Below, piece after piece: positions 63,191-64,000 of a stretch of 64,000 bases of DNA. Source of the stretch: Haliotis cracherodii (Eukaryota). Both the position numbers and the translations under genes were made by a program. Where the stretch lies: NCBI RefSeq assembly GCF_022045235.1, contig NW_027266267.1, forward strand, positions 18,352,001-18,416,000, in the 5' to 3' direction. Numbering within the stretch: position 1 is the stretch's first letter; the number at the start of each line of letters is the position of its first letter. Under the pieces are notes generated by a model. It did not search any database. It was given only the letters and a program-made list of their open reading frames with translations, and had not been told where the DNA came from.

Positions 63191-63802
63191 TGAAATGTAC
63201 AAACAATGAACTTGGTTGCAAAATTGTTCTCATGAAATGTACAAACAATGAACTTTGTCGCAACATTGTTCTTATGAAATGAACAAACAATGAATTTGGA
63301 TGCAACATTGTTCTTATGAAATGTACAAACAATGAACTTGGATGCAACATTGTTCTTATGAAATGTACAAACAATGAACTTGGTTGCAACATTGTTCTTA
63401 TGAAATGTACAAACAATGAACTTGGCTGCAACATTGTTCTTATGAAATGTACAAACAATGAACTTTGTCGCAACATTGTTCTTATGAAATGAACAAACAA
63501 TGAATTTGGATGCAACATTGTTCTTATGAAATGTACAAACAATGAACTTGGTTGCAACATTGTTCTTATGAAATGTACAAACAATGAACTTGGTTGCAAC
63601 ATTGTTCTCATGAAATGTACAAACAATGAATTTAGATGCAACATTGTTCTCATGAAATGTACAAACACTGAACTTGGATGCAACATTGTTCTCATGAAAT
63701 GTACAAACAATGAACTTTGTTGCAACATTGTTCTCGTGAAATGTACAAACAATGAACTCGGATGTAACATTGTTCTCATGAAATGTACAAACAATGAACT
63801 TA
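63191..63802. repeat. 42-bp tandem repeat (tgaaatgtacaaacaatgaacttggttgcaacattgttctca), ~14.5 copies
   Basis: Direct reading. Confidence 0.95.
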
Positions 63803-64000
63803 CAACATTATTCTGATATCAAGTACATCATTGTTATAACAAATTATATAGTATGTGTGATAACACATGCTTTTTCCATGTACTTCGTACATGTATGTGA
63901 ACAATCTTAGTTTGTAGAAACATTGTTCTTACATATGTAACACAATGCTATTTTCTACAACACTGTTCTCATTAATTCCACAAACAATAAAGTTGTTTGT

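Noticed and set aside
63171-63816. Repeat ORFs on both strands
   Set aside because: A stop-poor 42-bp array; open frames are expected by chance.

Overview
AT-rich, repeat-dense animal DNA from a gapped short-read assembly (six N gaps). The SINE types and the Ig-domain style suggest a mollusc, possibly a gastropod; this is inference. The main feature is a minus-strand, 12-exon type-I membrane immunoglobulin-superfamily receptor (ATG 46176 to TAG 26233, about 861 aa if spliced as modelled by hand). It has a signal peptide, 7 Ig-like domains each on its own phase-1 exon, a transmembrane helix and a ~90-aa tail. All splice phases close consistently, including one GC-AG intron and a 16-nt microexon. 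The most unusual observation is a ~30-copy 42-bp (14-codon) minisatellite whose unit is the end of Ig exon 5 plus its 5' splice site, giving a ladder of in-frame alternative donors. A second minus-strand, possibly decayed, secreted/mucin-like gene starts at 62873. The rest is a mix of mobile elements and at least ten tandem arrays. The elements are a Crypton-like relic, a FLYWCH/MULE-like element, a DIRS/Ngaro recombinase relic, an I/Nimb-like LINE, a mariner, several MITEs, a Penelope-type hammerhead remnant and four SINE families with a covarying shared 3' stem-loop. Two arrays appear to derive from SINE heads. No CRISPR array, rRNA or genuine tRNA gene was found.
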